Virus record (IMG/VR): IMGVR_UViG_3300031867_000002
Span: 1 to 64,000 of that record
DNA length: 64,000 nt
Origin: a virus
Lineage: Duplodnaviria; Caudoviricetes
Strand: one strand, 5' to 3'
Made by a program: the position numbers and the translations under genes
Shown here: positions 29,231 to 39,234 of the stretch, one piece after another
How positions within the stretch are numbered: the first letter of the stretch is position 1
How the letters are laid out: every line of letters begins with the position of its first letter
The notes under the pieces: generated by a model
Told to the model about the DNA's origin: nothing
Databases searched by the model: none
Seen by the model: the letters and a program-made list of their open reading frames with translations, nothing else

Positions 29231-29986
29231 TTAAAATTCATTTATTGTATCTGCAGTAACAATCTGACCATTATTAGATTCTACAACACCATTATCATTT
29301 AATACAGGCATACCTCTAATGGCATGACGGTAGAAATCTTCATAATCAGAATCATGTTCCCCATCGCCAACCCAAGTGAGAATAATTCTCTTACCCATCG
29401 GATTAGCTACATTAGGATTCATATCTTCAATAATCAAAGTAGTTCTGATATCAAGATTTCCTGATATTGAACTATACTTTGCTGCAGTGATATCATTACC
29501 ATTAAACTTTCTTCTATCATTATTAAAGTCAGGACCAAACTTTTCTGCATAGCGATTAATATCACATTGTTTTTCTGTTACAGCCATCTTAAGACCAAGA
29601 ATTAAAGCTTTATCGTTAACAGGGTCAATAACAGGAGTAAATACATTACTACTATTAACAAGATGATTGAATTCATCTTTTTCAAGTTTTTCTTTTGCTG
29701 CTACTACATCTTTAAAAGTTGAAGCAGATACAAAATATGCTAGATGGACCGTAGAATAATCTAATGCTTCATTATCATCTCTTGGATATACTGGATACCA
29801 AAATATCCCGTCAAAATAGATTCCAGGTTTTATTACTTGAGAAGTATTTCTAACAGGTAAAATATAGTTACCCATATTAACTGCAAGAGCATCTCCGTTA
29901 TAAGATATCCATCCAAAATCTTTCTGTTCAATGACATCATAGATACGACCATCTATGAATGCCTTATTAAATACTGCCTGATTCAT
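29231..29986 (-). CDS. Hypothetical protein in the nvRNAP operon
   Basis: 251 aa, AAAGGAG SD. Confidence 0.8.
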   Translation of the reverse strand: MNQAVFNKAFIDGRIYDVIEQKDFGWISYNGDALAVNMGNYILPVRNTSQVIKPGIYFDGIFWYPVYPRDDNEALDYSTVHLAYFVSASTFKDVVAAKEKLEKDEFNHLVNSSNVFTPVIDPVNDKALILGLKMAVTEKQCDINRYAEKFGPDFNNDRRKFNGNDITAAKYSSISGNLDIRTTLIIEDMNPNVANPMGKRIILTWVGDGEHDSDYEDFYRHAIRGMPVLNDNGVVESNNGQIVTADTINEF

Positions 29987-30058
29987 TTAATATCGACTCC
30001 TTTAATATTAAAAATAATGCAGGTTGACCGAAGCCAACCTGCATCTTTAGACTATACC

Positions 30059-30796
30059 TTAGGATTGCATATCATTGCTACCCTTAGCGATAGCCTTTAA
30101 TTCTTCAGCAAATTGAATCGACATCTTTTTGACATCTTTATTTGTTTCAACTGTTGCTGTTGCTACTGGTACGAGTGCTGCTGCATACATATCAGCTGTC
30201 ATATTCTTATCATATTTTCCAACATAATCATCGATTACAAGTTCAACTACTTCACCATCTACAGCGTTAGTGTCAAGCCAGTGATATAAGCATTCGATTG
30301 CTGTAATGATAAGAGTATCAAGTACATTGTAATCAGTGATTGCAATGTTATGTGCTGCACAGTAATTCTTATTGATAAGCTGTGCAAAGTTAATCTGAAT
30401 TTCTTCGTCTTTGAAATCTTTGTAGTTAACTATATTTTTGATTCCTTTTACGTCTTCTGGATTAAAGGTGAAGTTATAGAAATAATTTTCACCATCATCG
30501 TCATATTCTGAAATACAAGCTGCAATGATTTCGCCATTATCAGCTTTGTTAAAGACAAGAGCACTCTTGTCTTTGTTCTTGAATTTTGCAGACGCCATTA
30601 CATCTGCACAAGATTTCATAAGTGCACCAAAGATGTCTACACTGCTATTGCCGTGAGACTCGGGGTCTGGATTAAGACCAATCTGAACTGGTGTAGGTTT
30701 ACCAGTTGCGGGATGAATAAATGTTGGAGCCTTCTCTTCTACCTTGTACTTGAAGGCTGCAGGGATTGTACTGTTTCTTAAAATTGTTGTTGACAT
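30059..30796 (-). CDS. Hypothetical early protein
   Basis: 245 aa, AAGGAGG SD, early promoter with stem-loop at 30837-30874. Confidence 0.8.
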   Translation of the reverse strand: MSTTILRNSTIPAAFKYKVEEKAPTFIHPATGKPTPVQIGLNPDPESHGNSSVDIFGALMKSCADVMASAKFKNKDKSALVFNKADNGEIIAACISEYDDDGENYFYNFTFNPEDVKGIKNIVNYKDFKDEEIQINFAQLINKNYCAAHNIAITDYNVLDTLIITAIECLYHWLDTNAVDGEVVELVIDDYVGKYDKNMTADMYAAALVPVATATVETNKDVKKMSIQFAEELKAIAKGSNDMQS

Positions 30797-30904
30797 AATG
30801 ATTCCTCCTTAACGAAATCAGAAATTAAAATTTATTGTATGAGATGTCTTCTCATTACACCATAATTATATATGATTATAATCTTGTTTAGACAGGTTTA
30901 ATTT

Positions 30905-33229
30905 TCAACTCTTAAGATATGAAGTCTCGTTGAGTTTGAACTCATCTAAAGTCATAATCATAATTTTGTGATTAGGATTCTTAGCATTATAATCTAGTGC
31001 TTTACTTACTTTACCACTAGAGAATCCTACAAATGGAATAATCAAAAAGTCTGTATCTTTAGTTACAGAACCGTCTGAACAGTCATGACCTTTAGCAGTT
31101 AGTCTTTGTTCAAGGTCTTTGTCTCTAACACCAGAGAATCTAATCTTTTTACCAAGTTCGATAACTTCATCATTACTATCCTTAGTAAATACTACATTAG
31201 GCATGTTGTAAATATAAAGTAAGTCTTTCTTGAATATATCTCTTTCTTGAATTATTGTTGTAGCTGTTTTACTACCTATTCCTCTACCAGAAGAGTTAAG
31301 CTTAAAGAATAACTCATTATTAGAAAGCTTGATAATATCAGCTAAGTTAACAGTTTTAAGAATACTCTTCCATTTGCCAGATGCGATATTAGTAAATCCA
31401 AGAGCTCCTATAAGAATATAATCTGGTACTCTAGAATTATATAAATACTCAATAGCATCTATAAGATTCTTAGAGTTTGTCGGACCAAGAATACTTGTTC
31501 TTTCTTCTGTTAATGTCATAAGGTCAGAGAATGATTGAATATCAAGCTGTTTAATAGTTTCTTCAGAAAATCCTTTGAATCCTAATTTAGATACCATATT
31601 GGTCATTCTAGCTCTCACTCTACCTGGACACATCATATTATTACAAGTTACGTTCTTGCCAGTTTCTGATAAAAACAGTCTTGAACCGCATTCTGGACAA
31701 GTTTCTGTGAAAGTAAACGGTCTTAATGGATTGAAATGATTCTCAGGAATAGCAGCTTTTCTAACATACGCAATGACGTCATTTACATACTCTATTTCTA
31801 AGATATCATTTGGATGAAGATTTAATTCTTGAAATCTTGCAAAGCTATGACCAGAACTTTTAGTATTAATCATCCCATAGAACTCTATAGGGTCATAGTG
31901 AATCATAGGTGTAATATCTCCATTAGCACCTACAGTATAACTGATACCTCTACAACGAGTTAGTTTCTTCTTAGTATTAAACTTAATTGCAATAGAGTAT
32001 TCATTAATACTATTTACTCTACCAAGGGTATTTCTAATTTGAGGATTAAGATAAGATACAACAACACCATCATACATAAACGGCATTACTTCTCTAATAG
32101 ATTCTGCTTCTTCTACGAATTTCTTCACTTGGAATAATACAGAATTATAATCTCCTCTAATAACAGCATATCTACAAAGTTCACCTGTAGAATAATATCT
32201 ATTCATAAAGATAAGTTCTTCTTCTCTGGTCATATTATCATGACTTGTACCTAAAGGAACTAACGTAATATACTTAGCATACTTAGCGGCTTCAGAATTA
32301 CCAAGAATACCAATGATAGCGTTTCTAGGATTTACATATTGTTTACCACAAGCTATGCTAAGTTCTTGTAATGAACGATAAGATATTACCGCTTCAAATT
32401 TCATACCAAAAGGTTTGATATCAAATCCAGCAGCTTTAGTAAATCTATATCCTTGAAGAATAGGAGTTAAGTCAGATGCTTTATCCATCTGAGTATCACC
32501 TCTTGTTCTTGCAGATAATATTCTATCAGTTACCTCGGCTTCAATTGATACACCATCATATTTAAGTTCAAGCACTAATTCAATATAATTAGGATTTACT
32601 ATACCAGCTTGTACATGTTTTCTTAAGAAATCTCTTTCAAAAATTCTTACATTAGAATCATCATACACACCTTTTTGTTGAGCTTCTATATCTAATACAA
32701 ACTTTGCTTTATGCAGAGTTCCCACCAATTGAGGATATTTATGACTAGTATTTTTTAATCTTTTAGATACAGTCTTAATACCACTATTATCAATAAGTGC
32801 ATTTCCATAGAAGTCAGATTGTCTTAATTCATCACCAAACATATAACCAGACGTGTCTACATAAGGTTGAAACATAAACAATGCATCTCTTTCAATCTCA
32901 TCAACATCATTGATTACATCTGTTGTACCAAAGTTTCCAATCTGTATTGGCTCAGCACCAACTTGGAAATTTGGATTATATTTCTTATACTTCTCTAAAA
33001 GTAAATCATATACTCCATCTTCTAATACAAGAATACTTCTATCTGTATTATTATAAATAAGGTTTGAAATATGCAGGATATCGTTAACGATATCCTGCTC
33101 TACTTTAGTAAGCGGTTCTTTGTTTATAAGTGAAACTACAATATTATTGATATTATAGATGACATCTTGTGTTAAACAGGATGCATCGCCTTTCATTAAT
33201 TGTTCTACAATTGAATGCATAGGATTCAT
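30905..33229 (-). CDS. ligA: NAD-dependent DNA ligase
   Basis: ELKYDGVS, TRGD, NPRN, DGVVV, AIKF, CPECGS zinc finger, BRCT-like end; start moved to MNPMHS (AAGGAG SD). Confidence 0.93.
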   Translation of the reverse strand: MNPMHSIVEQLMKGDASCLTQDVIYNINNIVVSLINKEPLTKVEQDIVNDILHISNLIYNNTDRSILVLEDGVYDLLLEKYKKYNPNFQVGAEPIQIGNFGTTDVINDVDEIERDALFMFQPYVDTSGYMFGDELRQSDFYGNALIDNSGIKTVSKRLKNTSHKYPQLVGTLHKAKFVLDIEAQQKGVYDDSNVRIFERDFLRKHVQAGIVNPNYIELVLELKYDGVSIEAEVTDRILSARTRGDTQMDKASDLTPILQGYRFTKAAGFDIKPFGMKFEAVISYRSLQELSIACGKQYVNPRNAIIGILGNSEAAKYAKYITLVPLGTSHDNMTREEELIFMNRYYSTGELCRYAVIRGDYNSVLFQVKKFVEEAESIREVMPFMYDGVVVSYLNPQIRNTLGRVNSINEYSIAIKFNTKKKLTRCRGISYTVGANGDITPMIHYDPIEFYGMINTKSSGHSFARFQELNLHPNDILEIEYVNDVIAYVRKAAIPENHFNPLRPFTFTETCPECGSRLFLSETGKNVTCNNMMCPGRVRARMTNMVSKLGFKGFSEETIKQLDIQSFSDLMTLTEERTSILGPTNSKNLIDAIEYLYNSRVPDYILIGALGFTNIASGKWKSILKTVNLADIIKLSNNELFFKLNSSGRGIGSKTATTIIQERDIFKKDLLYIYNMPNVVFTKDSNDEVIELGKKIRFSGVRDKDLEQRLTAKGHDCSDGSVTKDTDFLIIPFVGFSSGKVSKALDYNAKNPNHKIMIMTLDEFKLNETSYLKS

Positions 33230-33233
33230 AAAA

Positions 33234-35480
33234 TCAATCTCCTTTATATTTGAAAAGTTCACGTTCATAATTCTCAACTGGAGCGAATAAAAGTTTCTCG
33301 TAATCTTGTACTGGGACAAATAACTTCTTTTCTTCTCTAGTTACATCTACGAACAATTCATCTTTCTTTGGGTCTAAGAAATAGAATAGCTGGTCTTTGC
33401 TAGGGTCTAAGAAGTAGAATAAATCTTCACTATTTTCATAAACAATCGGAATCTTATTGAATACAAATCTAGCTCCCATAGCTTTGATAATAGCGTTTAG
33501 TATCTCAGCACTTCTTGACTTAGCATCTTCACTCAATTGTACATCAAATTTATATGATGTCAACATCTGTTTAGCATCTCTTCTACCAGTAGGAGAGTTA
33601 CTATAAATCATCATGTTGATACAATCAATCTCAGCACCCATAGCTTTAAGAATATTACCTTCCATTTCACCAAAACGAATTGGTGTATTAGAATGTATTC
33701 TAATATACATCTTGGATGCTTTAGATTTAGAATTCATGTTTCTAATATTAGTTGCTGATAAAGAAGTAGCAGAATGTTTTTCTTCAGCATTCTGTTTCAT
33801 TCTATAGATATATTGTTTAGCAACAATACTAGGCTTTTGAGATTGTACGAATCTAATCTGTCCTCTAGAACCTACAATAGGAACATCAAGAAATACAGGT
33901 TTAATCCATGAATAATCTCCATAGATTTTCATAAGCTGTTCAAATGTTACTGCTTCTGAAATAGGTTTGAGAGCAACGTATAATCCATCACCATTAGGAG
34001 TTAACATATTTGCTACAGCCAACAAAGCATCATCATCTGAAGTTTGTAAGTTAACACATTCAAGAAAACTCATTGCAAATTCTGGAGATAAATGATTATA
34101 GAATCCATATAACAATTCTATTGTTTGTTCTACATCAAACATCTCTGTCATTATTGTATCAACAAGATTACTTGCAATAAAGTTAATTGACAGTTCGAAT
34201 AACTGACCTGGATTCAATCTGTTTACGCAAGTAGCTTGATTCCATATAAGGTCAACTCTTTCATCTGTACCGCTTATTCTAGGCATTTGTTCATCAGGAA
34301 TTACTTTAGATATAACTCCTTTACCTCCAGTTCTAGAAGTAATCTTATCTCCTACATCTAGAGGTGCTTCTTCATATAATGTAATCTCAAGTATGATATT
34401 AGAGAATACATTATCTTTGAAATATTGTTTACCTTGAACTACACTTAAACAGAGACTATATAATTTGCTAAGCTCATAAGATTTATGATAGTCGCTATTG
34501 TTAATATAATTCTTCATTACATTTACAAACTCTTGACAGAATCTTTTATAGTTATTATCATAGAACTGTAATTGCCCTTCATAGATTCCGTTATTGGAAG
34601 TTGCTATATCTTTATTGCAATATACATCGATATCAACAACTTGACCTTTAGCTTTAAATGTGATGTCATTAATCATCGGAACTTTGAGCCTTTCTGCACT
34701 TTGGGTAAAGAATGACTCATCGTTTCTTTCTGTTCTAGTACCACAAAGGATACCATTCTTAACATGTTCACTGATATCTGGTATAAACTTGTAGGAGTTA
34801 TTGTCTCCGTATAAGTTAAGTGGTATATCGTTATCATTAATAAGAATTGTTACTTTCTTAAGTTCTGTTCTAGCCAATGCTTTAGAAGCACTTACAGATA
34901 TTTCTATAGCATCTTCAGTTGTATTTGCATCAGCTACATACATTGCTGTCAGGTTCTTACCAGGCATATAATTATCATAGCTATCAAAAGATGTAGACTT
35001 TTTGATAGTTTGACCTGTTGGAATAGTAGAACCTTGTACAAGTGAATCGAGATATTTATTATCATACATAAAACCATAAGTTTCAGTATTATGACAATAA
35101 GATACCCTTTCAATAACATCCATGTTATTGAACTCATCTGTTACAATCAGATAATAATGATGCCCTGGTTTATTTACAAACTTTTCAATCTTTGCAAATA
35201 CTCTCCAGTTTCTATCTGATTCTATAAAAGATGATGAATGCCATCCAAACAGATTTTCATAACCTGTTGAGACATACGGGATTTCTGGATTAACCAGACA
35301 AACATGTTGCTGATACTGAGAAGAGAACATGTTTTTTCTTGCTGCAGAGTTCTCACTCTCACAAGGCATGTTAAGACCAACGCCAATCATACGTTCCATA
35401 TTGTCGTTGTACTTTTTACCTGCTGCATCGATATGTTTATCTATAGCAGGGTCTGAATAAAGTTTTTCGTATACTACCAT
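33234..35480 (-). CDS. Putative non-virion RNA polymerase beta subunit, C-terminal part
   Basis: NSAARKNM, TEDAIEIS, GDKITSRTGGKGVIS, NRLNPGQLFE, RFGEME; early promoter upstream. Confidence 0.9.
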   Translation of the reverse strand: MVVYEKLYSDPAIDKHIDAAGKKYNDNMERMIGVGLNMPCESENSAARKNMFSSQYQQHVCLVNPEIPYVSTGYENLFGWHSSSFIESDRNWRVFAKIEKFVNKPGHHYYLIVTDEFNNMDVIERVSYCHNTETYGFMYDNKYLDSLVQGSTIPTGQTIKKSTSFDSYDNYMPGKNLTAMYVADANTTEDAIEISVSASKALARTELKKVTILINDNDIPLNLYGDNNSYKFIPDISEHVKNGILCGTRTERNDESFFTQSAERLKVPMINDITFKAKGQVVDIDVYCNKDIATSNNGIYEGQLQFYDNNYKRFCQEFVNVMKNYINNSDYHKSYELSKLYSLCLSVVQGKQYFKDNVFSNIILEITLYEEAPLDVGDKITSRTGGKGVISKVIPDEQMPRISGTDERVDLIWNQATCVNRLNPGQLFELSINFIASNLVDTIMTEMFDVEQTIELLYGFYNHLSPEFAMSFLECVNLQTSDDDALLAVANMLTPNGDGLYVALKPISEAVTFEQLMKIYGDYSWIKPVFLDVPIVGSRGQIRFVQSQKPSIVAKQYIYRMKQNAEEKHSATSLSATNIRNMNSKSKASKMYIRIHSNTPIRFGEMEGNILKAMGAEIDCINMMIYSNSPTGRRDAKQMLTSYKFDVQLSEDAKSRSAEILNAIIKAMGARFVFNKIPIVYENSEDLFYFLDPSKDQLFYFLDPKKDELFVDVTREEKKLFVPVQDYEKLLFAPVENYERELFKYKGD

Positions 35481-35561
35481 AATTGATTCCTCCTTATAAA
35501 TAGATTATTGGTGTGAGATGATTGCTCATCTCACACTAATAATATACACTCATTCCTCTGT

Positions 35562-36842
35562 TTACATTTTATTCATAGCTCTTATTCTATCAATAATCAT
35601 ACTAGTTGCTTGAGATGCTGGCATAGACTTAAGTCTTTCAAACTCAGCAAGTTCTGTTTTAAGATGCGTTACAACTTCTTCTACAAAGATATTAAGAAAT
35701 TCTGGGTCTTCATAAAGTTTATTCTTAAATGCTCTTTGAGAGAACTTATGGTCACTTCTATCCCCAAGATATAAATAAGCTCCAGCACCATTTACCTTAC
35801 CAGCATTCTTAAGCATTGTATAAAGAGATAAGTCTGGGTCGAATCCAGTAACATAGTTAAATACTAAATCTACTGCTGATGCTGTACCAGAAATACCAGA
35901 ACGAGACTTTACATTAGAAATAGTTACGTAGCAACCATTGATACCAAAGTCTTTATCTGAAGTAAGTTTAGAACCATCATCCATTCTAAAGATTGTAGAT
36001 GAATAAACAGGTGCATTACCACCAGGAAGAGTTTCATTCTGTTTTAAGAACTGAGTTTTAGATTTGGTATGAACAATTCCAGTTTCTACTTTCTCATTAA
36101 TATGATTTATTGCAACGAAGATTATATTAGCTTCTTTACAAACTTGAGTAGTTCTTCTATAGAACTGAGCAAGTGCTTTTGCATTTGCTGTTACAGACAT
36201 TTGACCAGACATCTCTTCTTCTTCGGCAATCTTTTCTGTAGTAAAATAAGGAATTGAATCTACTAAATAAATAGTTGGTTGAAACTTATAGATTTTATTA
36301 CCAAAACAATCTACTAATCCAGTATCGTATTTATACTTATCAGGATTATCAATCTTAATGTCATGGATTACTTTAATACGTTTATATACGTTTTCAATAG
36401 TAATACCAGCATTTCTCATTTTTACTTTCTTATTAAACTCTTCATCAGTAAATCCAGTTAATTCTTGAAGTCTATCTTTCATCATACCAGTAGCTTCAGT
36501 AATATCAACAAACATGAGACCATTGGGAAAGTTACGAATAACATTAGCTGAAATCTGAATACCATATGTTGATTTACCACATCCAGAACGACCGATAATC
36601 ATATACATTGACCCATCAACAAGACCTATAGAATCATAACTAAATTTACTACCGTCAGGAAAATTTACATTAATAATTTTTCCACACGCCTTGTAGTCAA
36701 ATGAGAGAAATCCTGTTGGATATTGAACATCGAACTCTGCATCATTTGTCATAGAATAATCTTTTGTCTTTTCGAATGCATCTGTTACTTCACTCATTAA
36801 AAGTCCATCAGACACTTCAAAATTTGTTGTTGTTTTTGCCAT
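35562..36842 (-). CDS. RecA/UvsX-like recombinase
   Basis: YPTGFLSFD, GRSGCGKST, YLVDSI, AINHIN, LPGGNAPVY. Confidence 0.88.
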   Translation of the reverse strand: MAKTTTNFEVSDGLLMSEVTDAFEKTKDYSMTNDAEFDVQYPTGFLSFDYKACGKIINVNFPDGSKFSYDSIGLVDGSMYMIIGRSGCGKSTYGIQISANVIRNFPNGLMFVDITEATGMMKDRLQELTGFTDEEFNKKVKMRNAGITIENVYKRIKVIHDIKIDNPDKYKYDTGLVDCFGNKIYKFQPTIYLVDSIPYFTTEKIAEEEEMSGQMSVTANAKALAQFYRRTTQVCKEANIIFVAINHINEKVETGIVHTKSKTQFLKQNETLPGGNAPVYSSTIFRMDDGSKLTSDKDFGINGCYVTISNVKSRSGISGTASAVDLVFNYVTGFDPDLSLYTMLKNAGKVNGAGAYLYLGDRSDHKFSQRAFKNKLYEDPEFLNIFVEEVVTHLKTELAEFERLKSMPASQATSMIIDRIRAMNKM

Positions 36843-36904
36843 ATAAAAACCTCCTATACGTACCCAATAGGTACAATTATTTATAAGATAGTTGTAGATA
36901 GTAT

Positions 36905-36987
36905 TAAAAGAAAAAGTATGTCAGACTGGGTGTGGACCAGTCTGACATTAATATCAAAATGTGTTGTGTGAAATCTTTACTATCATT
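36905..36987 (-). ncRNA. Candidate small RNA (late promoter, CA-rich segment, terminator)
   Basis: AACA-tataat-TA at 36987-36998; hairpin atgtcagactgg/ccagtctgacat followed by a U tract; no ORF; recA has its own promoter at 36893. Confidence 0.4.
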
Positions 36988-36996
36988 AATTATATG

Positions 36997-38292
36997 TTAA
37001 TATTTGTCGATTGTATCCTCAGAATACGGGGTTTCATTGTTATTTGTTTTCTTTGCAGTAAAACCACGTTTCTTTTCATAGCCACCACTGCTCTCTACTT
37101 TAGAATCTGGTGTACCAGAAGAACCTGTAGGTCTTCTTCTTTTACTACGTCTAATAACAAGTTCATCTTCTTCAGTAGTTTCTTCATTATCAAACTGAGC
37201 AAAGAAATCATTATTATCATTCTTCTTTCTTCCAAGTGTAGAGCTTTGAGTTACCGTCTCCATATTTGAGATAGCACCAAAAAAATCATCATCTTTTGTA
37301 CTAGAAGTAAGATTCTTTTGATATTTAGAATACATATCTTGAAGCTCTTCTTTAGGAAGATTCATGCCAGATGCGATAATTCTAACAAATTCAGGTTCAT
37401 CTACTTTATACTGTCTATGAACAAAGAACTCTTCAATGTTATTATTACCACAAAGCTTCTTCTTGATAGAAGAAAAACTTGTATCAATAACACTAAGATT
37501 ATCGTCAGAGATATTCATGAATACACCAATCTTTGTTGCAGACGGTTCAAAGTCAAGAGAAGAGGAATAATCAATAGCATCAGATACAATCTGGTCAAAT
37601 TGATTAGGATTCTTGAGCTTCTTATCAATTTTAACTTCTGTTACAAACATCATACCTGGATTAGTAATAAGCTTGTAATGGTCTGTGTCATCGATATTCT
37701 GTTCAGAATCTATAATATCAAATGCGTTTACTACTTTAATTCCTGTAGAGATATCTTGATTAGCAAGTTTTTCTGCCACAAAGGTATTGGAAGTCTTTTC
37801 AAGAAATCTTTTATTACTAACTGTTTTGATAACATAGTTACCTCCTTCAAGGTCTTTAAAATACTCAATAGTATTCTGAAGACCTCTGGTATCAGATTCG
37901 AATCCACAGATAAGAGTGATGATTACTGGTAAATCAAGTTGAGATTCAATATATTTTGCAAGTACTACAGATGCACCAGAACCAGATGCACCTTCTGTGG
38001 TAGTAATAATATTTATATATTGTATATCATCTGGAATAAGTTCATTAATGACATTAGGATTATTTCTAAGATAAGTAAGCATGAGCTTTTTAGCAGCAGA
38101 ACGTACTTTACCACATCCTGCATCTGGGTCTTCAGAGATGATAATACAATTATCTCTATAATCTTCTGGAATGTCTTTAATAGTAGAGTTTACAATACAA
38201 CACTCATCTCTATCAAGTGTACCATTCTCAATGCAATAAATCATTGCTTTGGTTGCACCTTGTCCACAACCAAATGTAAAGCTTCTGTTCAT
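36997..38292 (-). CDS. Tubulin/FtsZ-family GTPase (PhuZ/TubZ-like)
   Basis: FGCGQGA, VNST, GCGK, TTEGASGSGAS (variant of GGGTGSG), NIDDTD T7 loop; charged C-terminal tail. Confidence 0.85.
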   Translation of the reverse strand: MNRSFTFGCGQGATKAMIYCIENGTLDRDECCIVNSTIKDIPEDYRDNCIIISEDPDAGCGKVRSAAKKLMLTYLRNNPNVINELIPDDIQYINIITTTEGASGSGASVVLAKYIESQLDLPVIITLICGFESDTRGLQNTIEYFKDLEGGNYVIKTVSNKRFLEKTSNTFVAEKLANQDISTGIKVVNAFDIIDSEQNIDDTDHYKLITNPGMMFVTEVKIDKKLKNPNQFDQIVSDAIDYSSSLDFEPSATKIGVFMNISDDNLSVIDTSFSSIKKKLCGNNNIEEFFVHRQYKVDEPEFVRIIASGMNLPKEELQDMYSKYQKNLTSSTKDDDFFGAISNMETVTQSSTLGRKKNDNNDFFAQFDNEETTEEDELVIRRSKRRRPTGSSGTPDSKVESSGGYEKKRGFTAKKTNNNETPYSEDTIDKY

Positions 38293-38298
38293 ATTAAA

Positions 38299-38457
38299 TT
38301 ACTCCTTTTCATTCTTAGTATCGTCCTTTTCATCAGAATCCTTCTTAGCATTCTCTTCAAGAACCTTACGATTGTCTTCCTCATTGAGAGGTTTGTATCC
38401 ATAGCTACCAGGCATTGGATAACCCTGCTCAGTGATAACACCAAACTTATCAGACAT
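38299..38457 (-). CDS. 52-aa charged peptide (absent from the ORF track)
   Basis: MSDKFGVITEQGYPMPGSYGYKPLNEEDNRKVLEENAKKDSDEKDDTKNEKE*; GAAAGGAGG SD; late promoter at 38495. Confidence 0.7.
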   Translation of the reverse strand: MSDKFGVITEQGYPMPGSYGYKPLNEEDNRKVLEENAKKDSDEKDDTKNEKE

Positions 38458-38499
38458 TCTAAACCCTCCTTTCATCATAGATTTATATATTAGTTATTA

Positions 38500-38587
38500 A
38501 AGCAGTATATATCCACACATGACTAGCATGTGTGGATATATACCGAATAGGAGATTTTATTTGCGTATTTGCGAATTTCTAGTCATT
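38500..38587 (-). ncRNA. Candidate small RNA (late promoter, anti-SD segment, 17-bp hairpin)
   Basis: AACA-tataaa-TA at 38587-38598; perfect stem 38505-38521/38527-38543; no ORF. Confidence 0.5.
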
Positions 38588-38796
38588 ATTTATATGTTAT
38601 AGATTTGTAAAAGTTGAATATATTAGTTATATACAATTTAAGTGAGTAAGAGATAATATCTCAAGCTCCAGGAATAAGCAAGCTAGGATAAAACCTATGT
38701 TCCTGAGAAAACATATCAAATTTACTTTATGGTGTGGAGATAATATCAAGAGCACCAGCAGCTCTAAGAAGCTGCATCACCCTAAGGAGGGTTATT

Positions 38797-39186
38797 ATGA
38801 TGATGTACGAACCTAAAATGAAAAACGTAATCGACGCAACTGCAGCTGAACTCGATGCAATGAACTCGTTGAGAATGGCACTTATTCAGAAAGTGCTCGC
38901 TAACACTGCTAGACATATGCAGTTTGAGCAAGTTCCTAATTGCATTACTGAAACTATCGAAAAAGCAATCGCTGCTGATTCAATTGTTATCACTGTTGGT
39001 GACATTCAGACTCGCTTTGAAAGATTTTCGTTCATGGCTAAATGGGACAGAGATAGATGGTTTGATGAAATGTCGAATCTTTTTATCGTTATTGCTAAAG
39101 AAAATTGCTGGTTTGAAGATAAGATTGCTAGCGGATTTTGTTGGAAAAATCAGAAAGGAGAATTCTGCAAGCTCGAAATCGAGTAA
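38797..39186 (+). CDS. Hypothetical early protein
   Basis: AAGGAGG SD before ATG 38797; early promoter about 38606; terminator 39205-39240. Confidence 0.75.
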   Translation: MMMYEPKMKNVIDATAAELDAMNSLRMALIQKVLANTARHMQFEQVPNCITETIEKAIAADSIVITVGDIQTRFERFSFMAKWDRDRWFDEMSNLFIVIAKENCWFEDKIASGFCWKNQKGEFCKLEIE

Positions 39187-39234
39187 AGCAGAGTAGTCTT
39201 AACCAAAAAATAAAGCGCCCTTGGGCAAGGCGCT

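Noticed and set aside
27495-38292. Chimallin (phage nucleus shell) gene near the nvRNAP and tubulin genes
   Set aside because: No unassigned ORF of suitable size; the 576-aa ORF has RpoB motifs
37318-38493. Long + strand ORFs antisense to the tubulin gene, and similar antisense ORFs elsewhere
   Set aside because: No SD, atypical composition; expected shadows of real genes
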